DNA of 64,000 nt from an uncultured Erysipelotrichaceae bacterium (GCA_902798815.1 CADBYH010000001.1:69554-133553); one strand, 5' to 3'. Positions 35,321 through 44,565 are shown, counted from the first letter of the stretch. Numbers and translations are program-made. The notes: generated by a model from the sequence alone, not told the origin.

Positions 35321-36385
35321 ATGAAAATAAAAGAAAATAGCGCAGTGAAAAAAATAATAAAAATGCCAGTAGGTTATACTATACTAACTATCTCTGATAA
35401 TTATGATCTAAAAAGAATTGCTATAAAGGGAAGTATATCAAAAGGCAGAAGATACATATACATGTATGACAAAGATACTGATTTAGTTAATAGTATTGAT
35501 GCAGAAGTAAAAATATCAAATGAAAATGGATTAAAAATTGTTGCCTATGGTGATTATATAATTCATGATGCAGAATATGTACTATTAGATTGTAAAAAGA
35601 AAATTCTTAATGATAATAGAATGTTCAAATCAATTGAAGATAGAGTAAAAGTAGACGAACAATCAAAAAGCAATTTAGAAATAGAAAGAATTACAAAACA
35701 AAAAGACAAAGAAATTGCTGATCTACAGCAAAAATTAAAAGAAAGAGAAAATTACTACACAGTTGATAGATTAACTAGACTTAGTGATATTAAGAAAGAT
35801 TTAGTATTAGGAGAAGTAACTTGCTATTCATATAGTTCTGGTATGAGAGACAGGGGAAGATATTTTGGTGGATATCAAATGACATCAACATCTAATGTAA
35901 CTAAAAAAGTAAAAAATAATGGAATAAAATTTGTAATTGAAAAATTAGAAATTATTTCTGAATTATATAACTCTGATGCATTTTCTAATAATAGATTACA
36001 TACTTTATTAGAAAAAATAGAATCTTTAGAAACAAAAGCAAGAACAAAATATGATGAAGAGACTTTAAACAGTATTCAATCTATATATGGTTTAATAGCA
36101 GAAGAGTTAACAATAAGATTGATTAATTTGTGTAATCATATAAGAAATAATAATATTAAAACTGATGAATTAACTTATGAAGAAACAATATATAGATATG
36201 GAACAAAGTTCTATGATGATGAAAGTGAATATGAAGAAATAGAAAAAATAGATAATTATTTTGATAGCATCATAGAAGGAGCATGTACATTTATAGAAAG
36301 AATTACAAATCAAAACATAAAAGATGAATTACATTCAAGATTACATCAAGAAATAGAAAAACCAAAAGAAAAAAGAATTGGATAA
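35321..36385 (+). CDS. hypothetical coiled-coil protein
   Basis: ATG at 35321 follows SD AAGGGGGAT, so the track GTG at 35288 is likely too early. The central region is heptad-rich. No motif recognised. Confidence 0.65.
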   Translation: MKIKENSAVKKIIKMPVGYTILTISDNYDLKRIAIKGSISKGRRYIYMYDKDTDLVNSIDAEVKISNENGLKIVAYGDYIIHDAEYVLLDCKKKILNDNRMFKSIEDRVKVDEQSKSNLEIERITKQKDKEIADLQQKLKERENYYTVDRLTRLSDIKKDLVLGEVTCYSYSSGMRDRGRYFGGYQMTSTSNVTKKVKNNGIKFVIEKLEIISELYNSDAFSNNRLHTLLEKIESLETKARTKYDEETLNSIQSIYGLIAEELTIRLINLCNHIRNNNIKTDELTYEETIYRYGTKFYDDESEYEEIEKIDNYFDSIIEGACTFIERITNQNIKDELHSRLHQEIEKPKEKRIG

Positions 36386-36422
36386 TTTATGAACAAAAAC
36401 GTATATATATGTTATTAACATA

Positions 36423-36451
36423 TTAACAAAAACAGCATAATATGGTATAAT
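36423..36451 (+). promoter_or_regulatory. extended -10 promoter of riboswitch leader 2
   Basis: TTAACA - 17 nt (containing TGG) - TATAAT. The spacing from -10 to GGAGTAG is the same 16 nt as in copy 1. Confidence 0.55.
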
Positions 36452-36459
36452 TATATACG

Positions 36460-36579
36460 TTGAAATGGAGTAGTTCTCATTTATAAAATGATTTTTAATT
36501 CGTCAACACAAGAATCTTATTCTTCGGATTAAAAATAAATAACAAGACTTTCACATTAAATAATGTGGGAGTCTTTTTT
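36460..36579 (+). promoter_or_regulatory. yybP-ykoY (Mn2+)-type riboswitch-like leader with intrinsic terminator, copy 2
   Basis: P1 TTGAAAT abuts GGAGTAG (36467-73). P2 is CATT/AATG. P3.1 is ATTTTTAATTC/GGATTAAAAAT (11 bp), L3 is GTCAACAC opposite C, and P3.2 is AAGAAT/ATTCTT. CAAGA (36543-47) abuts P1' CTTTCA. The terminator GACTTTCACATT/AATGTGGGAGTC plus T6 overlaps P1'. Confidence 0.7.
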
Positions 36580-36610
36580 GTATACCACAAAAAAAGGGGG
36601 AATATATTTT

Positions 36611-36901
36611 ATGATAAGAGAAATTTGTACAATTGATTTTATTAAAGGAGTTAGATTTATATCTGCTATAGAGAATGGAACAATAAAATTATTTTCATTA
36701 GATGAAGGAATTTCACTTTATATTGAAGCTGATGAAAATACAAGAAACATTAAAAGTATAAGAATTAATGGAAAATACTTTGATGTGACTATGAAAAATA
36801 TTAATGCTTTAAATAATTTTTATAGTAAAAATGGATTAGGTACAGATATAACAATAACAGAACCTACAAATACATATATTGATAAACCATCAATTAAATA
36901 A
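36611..36901 (+). CDS. hypothetical small protein (96 aa), riboswitch-controlled
   Basis: ATG at 36611 follows SD AAGGGGGAA. The track start at 36563 lies inside the terminator hairpin and is rejected. Confidence 0.65.
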   Translation: MIREICTIDFIKGVRFISAIENGTIKLFSLDEGISLYIEADENTRNIKSIRINGKYFDVTMKNINALNNFYSKNGLGTDITITEPTNTYIDKPSIK

Positions 36902-36924
36902 CATATCAAAAATAAAATTAGAAG

Positions 36925-36950
36925 GAATAATCAATTGATTATTCTTTTTT
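36925..36950 (+). terminator. intrinsic terminator
   Basis: Palindrome GAATAATCAA/TTGATTATTC followed by T6. Confidence 0.6.
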
Positions 36951-37035
36951 ATTTGTAAAATCAAGTAAAGAATATTTGTAAAACTTAAATATTTTCGTTA
37001 TAATAATTAATAGTGATAAATAGGAGTGATAGAAA

Positions 37036-38940
37036 ATGTCAGATAAATATGATGCAAAGTCGATTAAAATACTTGAAGGTTTAGATGCAGTAAGAAAAAG
37101 ACCTGGTATGTATATTGGATCAACTGATAAGAGAGGATTACATCATTTAGTATGGGAAATTGTAGATAATTCTGTTGATGAAGCTATTAATGGTTACGGA
37201 GACTATATTAAGATAATACTTCATTCTGATGGTTCTATAAGTGTTGAAGATCATGGACGTGGTGTACCAACTGGAATGCATGAATCTGGTAAATCAACTC
37301 CTGAAGTAATATTTACAATCCTTCATGCTGGAGGAAAATTTGAAAGCGATGGTTATAAAGTATCTGGAGGACTACATGGTGTGGGTTCAAGTGTTGTTAA
37401 TGCTTTATCTAAATGGATGGAAGTAACAATTAAAAGAGATAAAGAAGAATCATATATTAGATTTGAAAATGGAGGACATGTTGCAGTACCTCTTAAAAAA
37501 ATTGGAACAACTAATAAAACAGGAACAACCATTAGATTTATGCCAGATGATGAAATTTTTTCGACTACAAAATTCTCATATACAACTATTTGTGAGAGAA
37601 TGCAAGAATCTGCATATTTATTAAAAGGAATTACTATTGAGGTAGTAGATGAAGAAGATGAAAGAGATGCAAAATTCCATTATGAAAGAGGTATTGAAGA
37701 ATATGTAGAAGATTTAAACAAAAATAAATCAACATTACATAAAGTTCTAAGTTTTAATGGAATCAAAGATAAAATTGAAGTAGAAATATCAATGCAATAT
37801 ACAGATACTTATGAAGAAAAAATAGTAAGTTTCGTAAATAATGTTAAAACAATAGACGGAGGATCTCACGAAGTTGGATTTAAAACAGCCCTTACAAGAG
37901 TATTTAATGATTATGCTAAAAGTAATGGCTTTGTTAAAGGAAATGCAAAAGCATTTGAAGGAAGCGATGTTCGTGAAGGACTAACTGCTATTATTAGTTT
38001 AAAAATCCCAGAAGGAATTCTACAATTTGAAGGACAAACAAAAGGAAAATTAGGAACTCCTCAAGCAAAAAGCGCTGTAGATAATATTGTTTCAGAACAA
38101 TTAAGAGTTTATTTAGAAGAAAATAAAGCAATCGCAACGGAAATTATAAATAAAAGTTTAAAAAGTAAAATTGCAAGGGAAGCCGCAAGAAAAGCAAGAG
38201 AAGATGCAAGAAAAGGTACAAGTAGAAAAAAAGAAGAAAGGTCGCTTTCTGGTAAACTTGCACCTGCTCAAAGTAAGGATAAAACGAAAAAAGAATTATT
38301 TTTAGTCGAGGGTGATTCTGCAGGAGGTTCTGCAAAAGGTGGAAGAGATAGAAAATATCAAGCAATATTACCTTTAAGAGGAAAAGTATTAAATACAGAA
38401 AAAACAAAAGAAGAAGATATCCTTCGAAATGAAGAAATTAATACAATGATTTATACAATAGGAGCAGGATATGGTTCCACATTTGACTTAAATGATTGTG
38501 AGTATAGTAAAGTTATAATCATGTCAGATGCTGATGAAGATGGAGGACATATTCAATGTCTATTACTAACATTTTTCTATCGTTATATGAAACCATTAAT
38601 AGAAGATGGTAGACTATTTGTTGCACTTCCACCATTATTTAAAATTCAAAGTGGAAAAGAAATTCAGTATGCTTATACTGTAGAAGAAATGAAAGAATTA
38701 TCAAAAGGGAAAAAATGTGATATTCAAAGATATAAAGGTCTTGGTGAAATGAATGCAGATCAACTATGTGAAACAACTATGAAACCAGGATCAAGAACAT
38801 TAATAAGAGTAAATATTGAAGATGCCCAACTTGCAGAAAAACGTGTGTCTATTCTTATGGGAGATGAAGTTCCTCCTCGTAAAGAATGGATAGAAGAAAA
38901 TGTAGAATTTTCACTTGAAGATGATTACAAAATTGCATAA
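37036..38940 (+). CDS. parE: DNA topoisomerase IV subunit B
   Basis: Type IIA ATPase/Toprim motifs: LEGLDAVRKRPGMYIGS, HHLVWEIVDNSVDEA, LVEGDSAGGS, PLRGKVLN, IMSDADEDGGHI. Called ParE because the partner gene has ParC-type features. Confidence 0.75.
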   Translation: MSDKYDAKSIKILEGLDAVRKRPGMYIGSTDKRGLHHLVWEIVDNSVDEAINGYGDYIKIILHSDGSISVEDHGRGVPTGMHESGKSTPEVIFTILHAGGKFESDGYKVSGGLHGVGSSVVNALSKWMEVTIKRDKEESYIRFENGGHVAVPLKKIGTTNKTGTTIRFMPDDEIFSTTKFSYTTICERMQESAYLLKGITIEVVDEEDERDAKFHYERGIEEYVEDLNKNKSTLHKVLSFNGIKDKIEVEISMQYTDTYEEKIVSFVNNVKTIDGGSHEVGFKTALTRVFNDYAKSNGFVKGNAKAFEGSDVREGLTAIISLKIPEGILQFEGQTKGKLGTPQAKSAVDNIVSEQLRVYLEENKAIATEIINKSLKSKIAREAARKAREDARKGTSRKKEERSLSGKLAPAQSKDKTKKELFLVEGDSAGGSAKGGRDRKYQAILPLRGKVLNTEKTKEEDILRNEEINTMIYTIGAGYGSTFDLNDCEYSKVIIMSDADEDGGHIQCLLLTFFYRYMKPLIEDGRLFVALPPLFKIQSGKEIQYAYTVEEMKELSKGKKCDIQRYKGLGEMNADQLCETTMKPGSRTLIRVNIEDAQLAEKRVSILMGDEVPPRKEWIEENVEFSLEDDYKIA

Positions 38941-38964
38941 TTATAAATAGAAAGAGATGGTAAA

Positions 38965-41529
38965 ATGCCAAGAAAGAAAACTGAAACAGAAGAAGTAATT
39001 GAGAAGATATTTGACTATACTTTAGAAGATCTTATGGGAGAAAGATTTGGAAGTTATTCTAAATATATTATTCAAGATCGTGCTATACCAGATGCCAGAG
39101 ATGGTCTAAAACCAGTTCAAAGACGTATTCTATATTCAATGCATAAAGAACATAATACCTATGATAAAGGATATAGAAAGTCTGCAAAAACTGTTGGAGA
39201 TGTTATAGGTAATTACCATCCACATGGTGATACATCAATTTATGATGCGATGGTTAGAATGTCTCAAAGTTGGAAGACAAGAATTCCATATATTGATATG
39301 CATGGTAATAACGGATCTATTGATGGAGATTCTCCAGCAGCTTATCGTTATACAGAAGCAAGACTATCTAAGATAGCAAACGAAATGCTTAGGGATATCG
39401 ATAAGGATACTGTAGAGTTTGCTCCAAACTTTGATGATACTACTATAGAACCAACTGTTTTACCAGCAAGATTTCCAGCACTTCTTGTATATGGAGCACA
39501 AGGAATATCTGCAGGTTATGCCACAAATATTCCACCACATAATTTAAATGAAATAGTAAATGCCACAATTCATAGAATTGATTATCCAAACTCTCAACTA
39601 GATACCCTAATGAAATATGTAAAAGGTCCAGATTTTCCGACAGGAGGAATAGTTGAAGGAATTGAAGGAATAAAAGATGCATATAAAACAGGTAGAGGAA
39701 GAATAATTGTAAAAAGTAGATATGAAATAGTAAAAGATAAATCTACAACCCAAATAGTAATAACAGAAATACCATTTGAAGTTAATAAAGCCCAGATGGT
39801 TAAAAAAATAGATGATATTAGAATAGATAAAAAAGTAGATGGGATATTAGAAGTAAGAGATGAATCTGCTCAAGATGTAAGAATTGTAATTGATCTAAAG
39901 AAAAACGCTAATACAGAACTAATTATAAATTACTTATTAAAAAATACAGATATGCAGATAAGTTATAACTTTAACATGGTCTCAATTGTAAATAGAAGAC
40001 CAAAACTACTAGGATTAGAACAAGCATTAGATGCCTTTATTGCCCATCAAAAAGAAGTAGTAATAAGAAGAACAACATTTGATTTAAATCACGCTAAAGC
40101 AAGATATCATATCCTTGAAGGTTTAATTAAATGTATTTCTATCTTAGATGAAGTAATTAGAGTAATAAGAGCATCTAAAAATAAAGCAGACGCTAAAGAT
40201 AACTTAGTAAAAGAATTTGCTTTTACTATAGAACAAGCAGAAGCAATAGTAACATTACAATTATATAGACTAACAAATACTGATGTAGTTGCCTTAGAAG
40301 AAGAAATGAAAGATTTAGAGAAAAAAATTAGTATTTGGGAACAAATTTTAAATAATGAAGAAGCTCTAAAACATGTAATGAAAAGAGAACTACAAAATAT
40401 TAATAAAGAATATGAAACTCCAAGATTAACTGATATAAAAGAAGAAATAACAGAGATAAAAATAGATGAAGCTGCTATGATTCCAAAAGAAGATGTTGTT
40501 GTTTTAGTAACAAAAGATGGATATATTAAAAGAACATCATATAGAAGTTATTCGGCATCAGCAGAATCAGACCTAACTTTAAAAGAAAACGATTATATAA
40601 TTGGTTTATATGAAATGAATACAACCGATACAATTCTTCTATTCACTAATGGAGGAAACTATCTTCATATTCCTGTACATATTATTCCTGATTTAAAATG
40701 GAAAGATATGCCTAAACATGTAAGCAATGTTATTGAAATACCAGGAGAAGAAAATATTATAAGCGCAATTCCTGCTTATGATTTCTCAAGTGATAAAGAT
40801 ATTATAATTGCATCTAAGAATAGTATGATAAAAAGAACAAAACTAAAAGAATTTAAATTACAAAGATATACAAAAGCAAGTAGTTGTATGAAATTAAAAG
40901 AAGATGATGAAGTAATCTCTGTAATAAGAGAAGATTATGATACTATCTTTATGACAACAAATTCAGGATATGGATTAAGTTTCAAAACATCTGATATTCC
41001 AGAAGTAGGTGTAAAAGCATCAGGAGTAAAAGGAATGAAATTAAAAGATGATTATATAGTTTCAGTAAATAACTTCTCATATACAACTCATGAGTATATT
41101 TCAATAATCACAACAAAAGGTACTGGAAAAAGAGTTAGATTATCAGAATTTGATTTATCTACAAGAACAAGAAGAGGAGTTCAAGTAATAAGAGAAGTAA
41201 AATCAAATCCATATGTAATTTTAAAAACATTTATAAGTGACTCTAGAAATTATATTGGTTTAAAAAACGGTGATATAACTACTATAAAGTCAACAGAATT
41301 ATCAATTAATGATAGATATAGTACAGGAACATCAATATCTAAAAAAGAATTAAATGATGCCTTTATAGTCGCAACACTAACAAAACCAACAGAAAAACAA
41401 GAAGAACTAATAGAAGAATTAACTAAAGAAGAACCAAAAGAAGAAATAAAAAAAATTCCAAAGAAAGAACAAATTTCTTTAGAAGAAATAGACGATAGAT
41501 TAATGACAATAGATGACTTCTTAAATTAG
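38965..41529 (+). CDS. parC: DNA topoisomerase IV subunit A
   Basis: The N-terminus LEDLMGERFGSYSKYIIQDRAIPDARDGLKPVQRRILYSM is the ParC-type pattern; GyrA has ...[27 protein letters not shown]. Catalytic AAYRYTEARL is present. I saw no GyrA-box (QRRGGKG) in the C-terminal domain. Confidence 0.75.
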   Translation: MPRKKTETEEVIEKIFDYTLEDLMGERFGSYSKYIIQDRAIPDARDGLKPVQRRILYSMHKEHNTYDKGYRKSAKTVGDVIGNYHPHGDTSIYDAMVRMSQSWKTRIPYIDMHGNNGSIDGDSPAAYRYTEARLSKIANEMLRDIDKDTVEFAPNFDDTTIEPTVLPARFPALLVYGAQGISAGYATNIPPHNLNEIVNATIHRIDYPNSQLDTLMKYVKGPDFPTGGIVEGIEGIKDAYKTGRGRIIVKSRYEIVKDKSTTQIVITEIPFEVNKAQMVKKIDDIRIDKKVDGILEVRDESAQDVRIVIDLKKNANTELIINYLLKNTDMQISYNFNMVSIVNRRPKLLGLEQALDAFIAHQKEVVIRRTTFDLNHAKARYHILEGLIKCISILDEVIRVIRASKNKADAKDNLVKEFAFTIEQAEAIVTLQLYRLTNTDVVALEEEMKDLEKKISIWEQILNNEEALKHVMKRELQNINKEYETPRLTDIKEEITEIKIDEAAMIPKEDVVVLVTKDGYIKRTSYRSYSASAESDLTLKENDYIIGLYEMNTTDTILLFTNGGNYLHIPVHIIPDLKWKDMPKHVSNVIEIPGEENIISAIPAYDFSSDKDIIIASKNSMIKRTKLKEFKLQRYTKASSCMKLKEDDEVISVIREDYDTIFMTTNSGYGLSFKTSDIPEVGVKASGVKGMKLKDDYIVSVNNFSYTTHEYISIITTKGTGKRVRLSEFDLSTRTRRGVQVIREVKSNPYVILKTFISDSRNYIGLKNGDITTIKSTELSINDRYSTGTSISKKELNDAFIVATLTKPTEKQEELIEELTKEEPKEEIKKIPKKEQISLEEIDDRLMTIDDFLN

Positions 41530-41552
41530 ACTATTATACATAGTCTTTTTTT
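41528..41552 (+). terminator. intrinsic terminator after parC
   Basis: AGACTAT / ATAGTCT hairpin plus T6. Confidence 0.55.
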
Positions 41553-41587
41553 CTTTATATTAAGCATATAATATATAAGGTGATACT

Positions 41588-41869
41588 ATGAGTAAACAAA
41601 ATTTTATTTCTTATGCAAGAAATCATCCAGAACTAGCAAATTATGTTTTGAATGGTAAAGTTACTTGGCAGCAATTATATGAGATATATGAAATATATGG
41701 AGAAAACAACAATATATTAGAAAATTATACTAAAAATAATATTGATTTAAACTCTTTTAAAGAAGTTTTTAATGTCATAAAGAAAGTAGATTTAGAAAAT
41801 GTTCAAAATAGTATTAATAATATCCAAAAAACAATAGGTTTAATTCAAACTATAGGTACTAAAAAATGA
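41588..41869 (+). CDS. YlbD-like small protein
   Basis: The ...HPELANYVLNGKVTWQQLYEIYEIYGE... pattern resembles B. subtilis YlbD (recalled from memory). The position upstream of ylbE/ylbF/rsmD-like genes fits ylb synteny. Confidence 0.45.
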   Translation: MSKQNFISYARNHPELANYVLNGKVTWQQLYEIYEIYGENNNILENYTKNNIDLNSFKEVFNVIKKVDLENVQNSINNIQKTIGLIQTIGTKK

Positions 41870-42087
41870 CAAAAGAAATATTAAAGTATATAAGAACTCA
41901 TGAATATATTTATAATTTTTTAAGAGATGATTCTTCTCATTATATATATTTATATAAAGATAATAATTATATTAAGGTAATAAAAAGACTTGCCAAAGAA
42001 AAATATAAATTAAGATATATTGATAAACTTCAATCAATAGAAAATAAAATAAATCAAATAAATACAATTATTGAAGTATTTAAATAA
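41866..42087 (+). CDS. YlbE-like small protein
   Basis: The start overlaps the previous stop (ATGA). The N-terminal EILKYIRTHEYIYNFLRDDSSHY pattern is YlbE-like (recalled from memory). Confidence 0.4.
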   Translation: MTKEILKYIRTHEYIYNFLRDDSSHYIYLYKDNNYIKVIKRLAKEKYKLRYIDKLQSIENKINQINTIIEVFK

Positions 42088-42106
42088 AATGTGATAGAAT
42101 TAACTC

Positions 42107-42391
42107 ATGGAAGAGTTAATTTTATTAGTAGACAATTTAATTAAAAGTATAGATGACACAACTCTTGTATCTGAAATCAAAGAGTTAAATAAAGAATTAT
42201 TAAAAGATCAAGAATTAATGAAGTTATTAGAAGAGTATAAATATAACAAAAGTGATAGTTTAAAAGAAAAAATAATTTCAAATGACTTATTCTATAAATA
42301 CAAAGAAAAAGAAACAGATTTAAATATCTTAATAATGAGTATTAATCAAAGACTTAAAAGTATAAGTAGTAAGGATGGATGTCTAAAATGA
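42107..42391 (+). CDS. YlbF/YmcA-family helical protein
   Basis: A 94-aa helical protein of the form ...LIKSIDDTTLVSEIKELNKELLKDQELMKLLEEY.... Sits directly upstream of rsmD, as ylbF does in Bacillus. Confidence 0.45.
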   Translation: MEELILLVDNLIKSIDDTTLVSEIKELNKELLKDQELMKLLEEYKYNKSDSLKEKIISNDLFYKYKEKETDLNILIMSINQRLKSISSKDGCLK

Positions 42392-42933
42392 AAGTAATAA
42401 GTGGTATATATAAAGGAAGAAAAATAGATGGCTTTTCTATAGACGGAACACGTCCAACTATGGATAGAGTAAAAGAAAGTTTATTTGGTACAATTCAAAA
42501 TTATTTAGATAATTCGGTATGTCTAGATTTATTTTCAGGTAGTGGTAATCTTGCTATTGAAGCATTATCTGAAGGAGCAAAATATGCTTACCTAGTTGAT
42601 TATAATAAAAAAGCATATCAAACAATTACTAATAATATTAACAACATTGGTATTAATAACTGTAAAGTATTATTAATGGATTATAAAAAGGCACTAAGTT
42701 ATTTTAAAGACAATAATATAGAATTTGATATTATTTTTTTAGATCCGCCATATAAAACTAATTATATTGAAGAATCAATTAAATTAATAAGTAAGTACAA
42801 GTTACTTAAAGATAATGGAATAATTGTATGTGAAAGTGATAATATTGATAAAATAATCTATAATGAAGAATATAAATCAATTAAAGATAAAAAATATGGA
42901 GATAAATATATAGTTTTACTAAAAAAAATATGA
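42379..42933 (+). CDS. rsmD: 16S rRNA (guanine966-N2)-methyltransferase RsmD
   Basis: (M)KVISGIYKGRKI start, SAM-binding motif LDLFSGSGNLAIEALSEGA, and the catalytic DPPY motif (FLDPPYK). The alternative start at 42388 (ATGA overlap) is equally plausible. Confidence 0.75.
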   Translation: MSKMKVISGIYKGRKIDGFSIDGTRPTMDRVKESLFGTIQNYLDNSVCLDLFSGSGNLAIEALSEGAKYAYLVDYNKKAYQTITNNINNIGINNCKVLLMDYKKALSYFKDNNIEFDIIFLDPPYKTNYIEESIKLISKYKLLKDNGIIVCESDNIDKIIYNEEYKSIKDKKYGDKYIVLLKKI

Positions 42934-42960
42934 TAATATATATAGTAGGAGAAATATATT

Positions 42961-44439
42961 ATGAATAATAAGGGATTTGCAGTAACAACTTTAATATATG
43001 GTTTGGCAGTAATTGGAATATTACTTGTAAATATTGTTATGGCAACATTATCTACATCTAGAAAAAGTGTTAAAGACATGGCAAAAGTAGTAGAAGAAGA
43101 ATTAATTAATGCTAATCGTGCAAGTGTTGTTTTTGATGGTAATACAGGTGGTGTGGTAAATTATACAGTTCCAGAAGGACAAGGTGGTTTATATAGAATA
43201 GAAGCATGGCAACCACAAGCATCATCTGGATCAAATGCATGTAATAGAGAAAGAGGAGCCTATGAGGTAGGGTTTATTCTTTTAAAAGAAAACGAAAACC
43301 TTTATGTTAGTTCTGGAAAATGTGGAGAAGATACAATAGTATCATTACAGAATCCTATTGTTGATAATAAAATAATAATGAAACCTAAAAATACTGGTTA
43401 CGTATTAAAAGGATATACAGCAGCTGAAAATTTAGGTAGTGATGATAGAATTTGGGATTATATAACATTTAATAGTAAAAGATACTATTTTGTTAATGCA
43501 AGACATCAACCAGAAGTTAAAAGTGGAGAAGGGAAAGTTATTATAGAAAAAATCTATTCAACAACAAGCGATTCTCCATTTCAAGATTTAAGGTCACCAA
43601 AATGGAAAAATATTTCCGGCAAAACAGTAATACCATCAATGACTAATTCTGCTGCTTCATGTTCCTTTTATTATTCAAGAGATGGAGTAGTATTCAAAAA
43701 AAATATTTATACACATAGAAGTACAATTCAAGTAATGAATTATGATGCAATTGACGATGTATCTATAATTTGTAACCCTACAGATGATGGAAAAGGTAGA
43801 TTGCAGGCTACAATTGGAGTAGCATCAAATAATATTGTTTATAGTGATGTCACATTTAAGAAAGATCAAAAGATAAAAATACAATTATCAGCATATCAAC
43901 AAGATACAATGCAGCAACCTCCATCACATGGAAACTACTATATAATTCCATATAGTAATCAAGCAACAGCTATAACAGCAAATGATGCAAACAATACAGG
44001 AACTGCAATTTCAAATAATTTTATAAATGGTTCGGCTAGACAAAAATGGGCAATTGATTTAATTAATACACCAACAGATACAACTTATCCAAATATTACA
44101 AATAGTTCAGGAAAAAATGAATATCGTATTGTTGAACTAAATAGTTATAGAGCATTAGATATATTACATGATGAAAATAGAAATGGTAATGAAATATCAG
44201 CAAAATCAGCGTTTAATACATATGCTAAAAATACTCCACAAATATGGAATATAATTCCTAATGGAGATGGAACATATAAAATCGTTGCTATAGGAACACC
44301 AACAGATGTAAATGGTGCAGAACATTCTGGTTGCTTAAAAACGACAGGAACAACAACAACAATAGGAATGTGTAAAGAAGAATATGATGAAAATACAAGG
44401 TATATTTTATATCCTGTAGACTTCAGTACAACAAGATAA
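42961..44439 (+). CDS. pilin-leader protein with glycine-rich-domain-like module and C-terminal ricin-type beta-trefoil lectin
   Basis: The N-terminus MNNKGFAVTTLIYGLAVIGILLV is prepilin-like (G-F, but Thr instead of Glu at +5). The middle region YTVPEGQGGLYRIEAWQP...LYVSSGKCGED resembles Gly_rich domains. The C-terminus has QxW repeats (RQKWAI, PQIWNI) in a three-lobed trefoil pattern. Confidence 0.7.
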   Translation: MNNKGFAVTTLIYGLAVIGILLVNIVMATLSTSRKSVKDMAKVVEEELINANRASVVFDGNTGGVVNYTVPEGQGGLYRIEAWQPQASSGSNACNRERGAYEVGFILLKENENLYVSSGKCGEDTIVSLQNPIVDNKIIMKPKNTGYVLKGYTAAENLGSDDRIWDYITFNSKRYYFVNARHQPEVKSGEGKVIIEKIYSTTSDSPFQDLRSPKWKNISGKTVIPSMTNSAASCSFYYSRDGVVFKKNIYTHRSTIQVMNYDAIDDVSIICNPTDDGKGRLQATIGVASNNIVYSDVTFKKDQKIKIQLSAYQQDTMQQPPSHGNYYIIPYSNQATAITANDANNTGTAISNNFINGSARQKWAIDLINTPTDTTYPNITNSSGKNEYRIVELNSYRALDILHDENRNGNEISAKSAFNTYAKNTPQIWNIIPNGDGTYKIVAIGTPTDVNGAEHSGCLKTTGTTTTIGMCKEEYDENTRYILYPVDFSTTR

Positions 44440-44480
44440 AATAATAAGAGTAGTAAATAATTTTACTACTTTTTATTTTT

Positions 44481-44507
44481 TTAGCACTTTTTGTTGACAA
44501 GTGCTAA
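44481..44507 (+). promoter_or_regulatory. CIRCE operator 1 (HrcA binding site)
   Basis: TTAGCACTT-N9-AAGTGCTAA, compared with the consensus TTAGCACTC-N9-GAGTGCTAA. Confidence 0.85.
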
Positions 44508-44522
44508 GAGTAGGAGTATATT
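44494..44522 (+). promoter_or_regulatory. hrcA operon promoter
   Basis: TTGACA (inside the CIRCE-1 spacer) - 17 nt - TATATT. Confidence 0.6.
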
Positions 44523-44526
44523 ATTA

Positions 44527-44553
44527 TTAGCACTAAGATTTTATAAGTGCTAG
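44527..44553 (+). promoter_or_regulatory. CIRCE operator 2
   Basis: TTAGCACTA-N9-AAGTGCTAG, located between the -10 element and the SD. Confidence 0.85.
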
Positions 44554-44565
44554 GAGGTTGATGTT

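Noticed and set aside
37036-41529. Calling the type IIA topoisomerase pair gyrB/gyrA.
   Set aside because: The A subunit has the ParC-type N-terminus (MGERFGSYSKYIIQDRAIPDARDGLKPVQRR), and I found no GyrA box. There is no dnaA/dnaN/recF context. The pair is therefore annotated parE/parC, though this should be confirmed by phylogeny.
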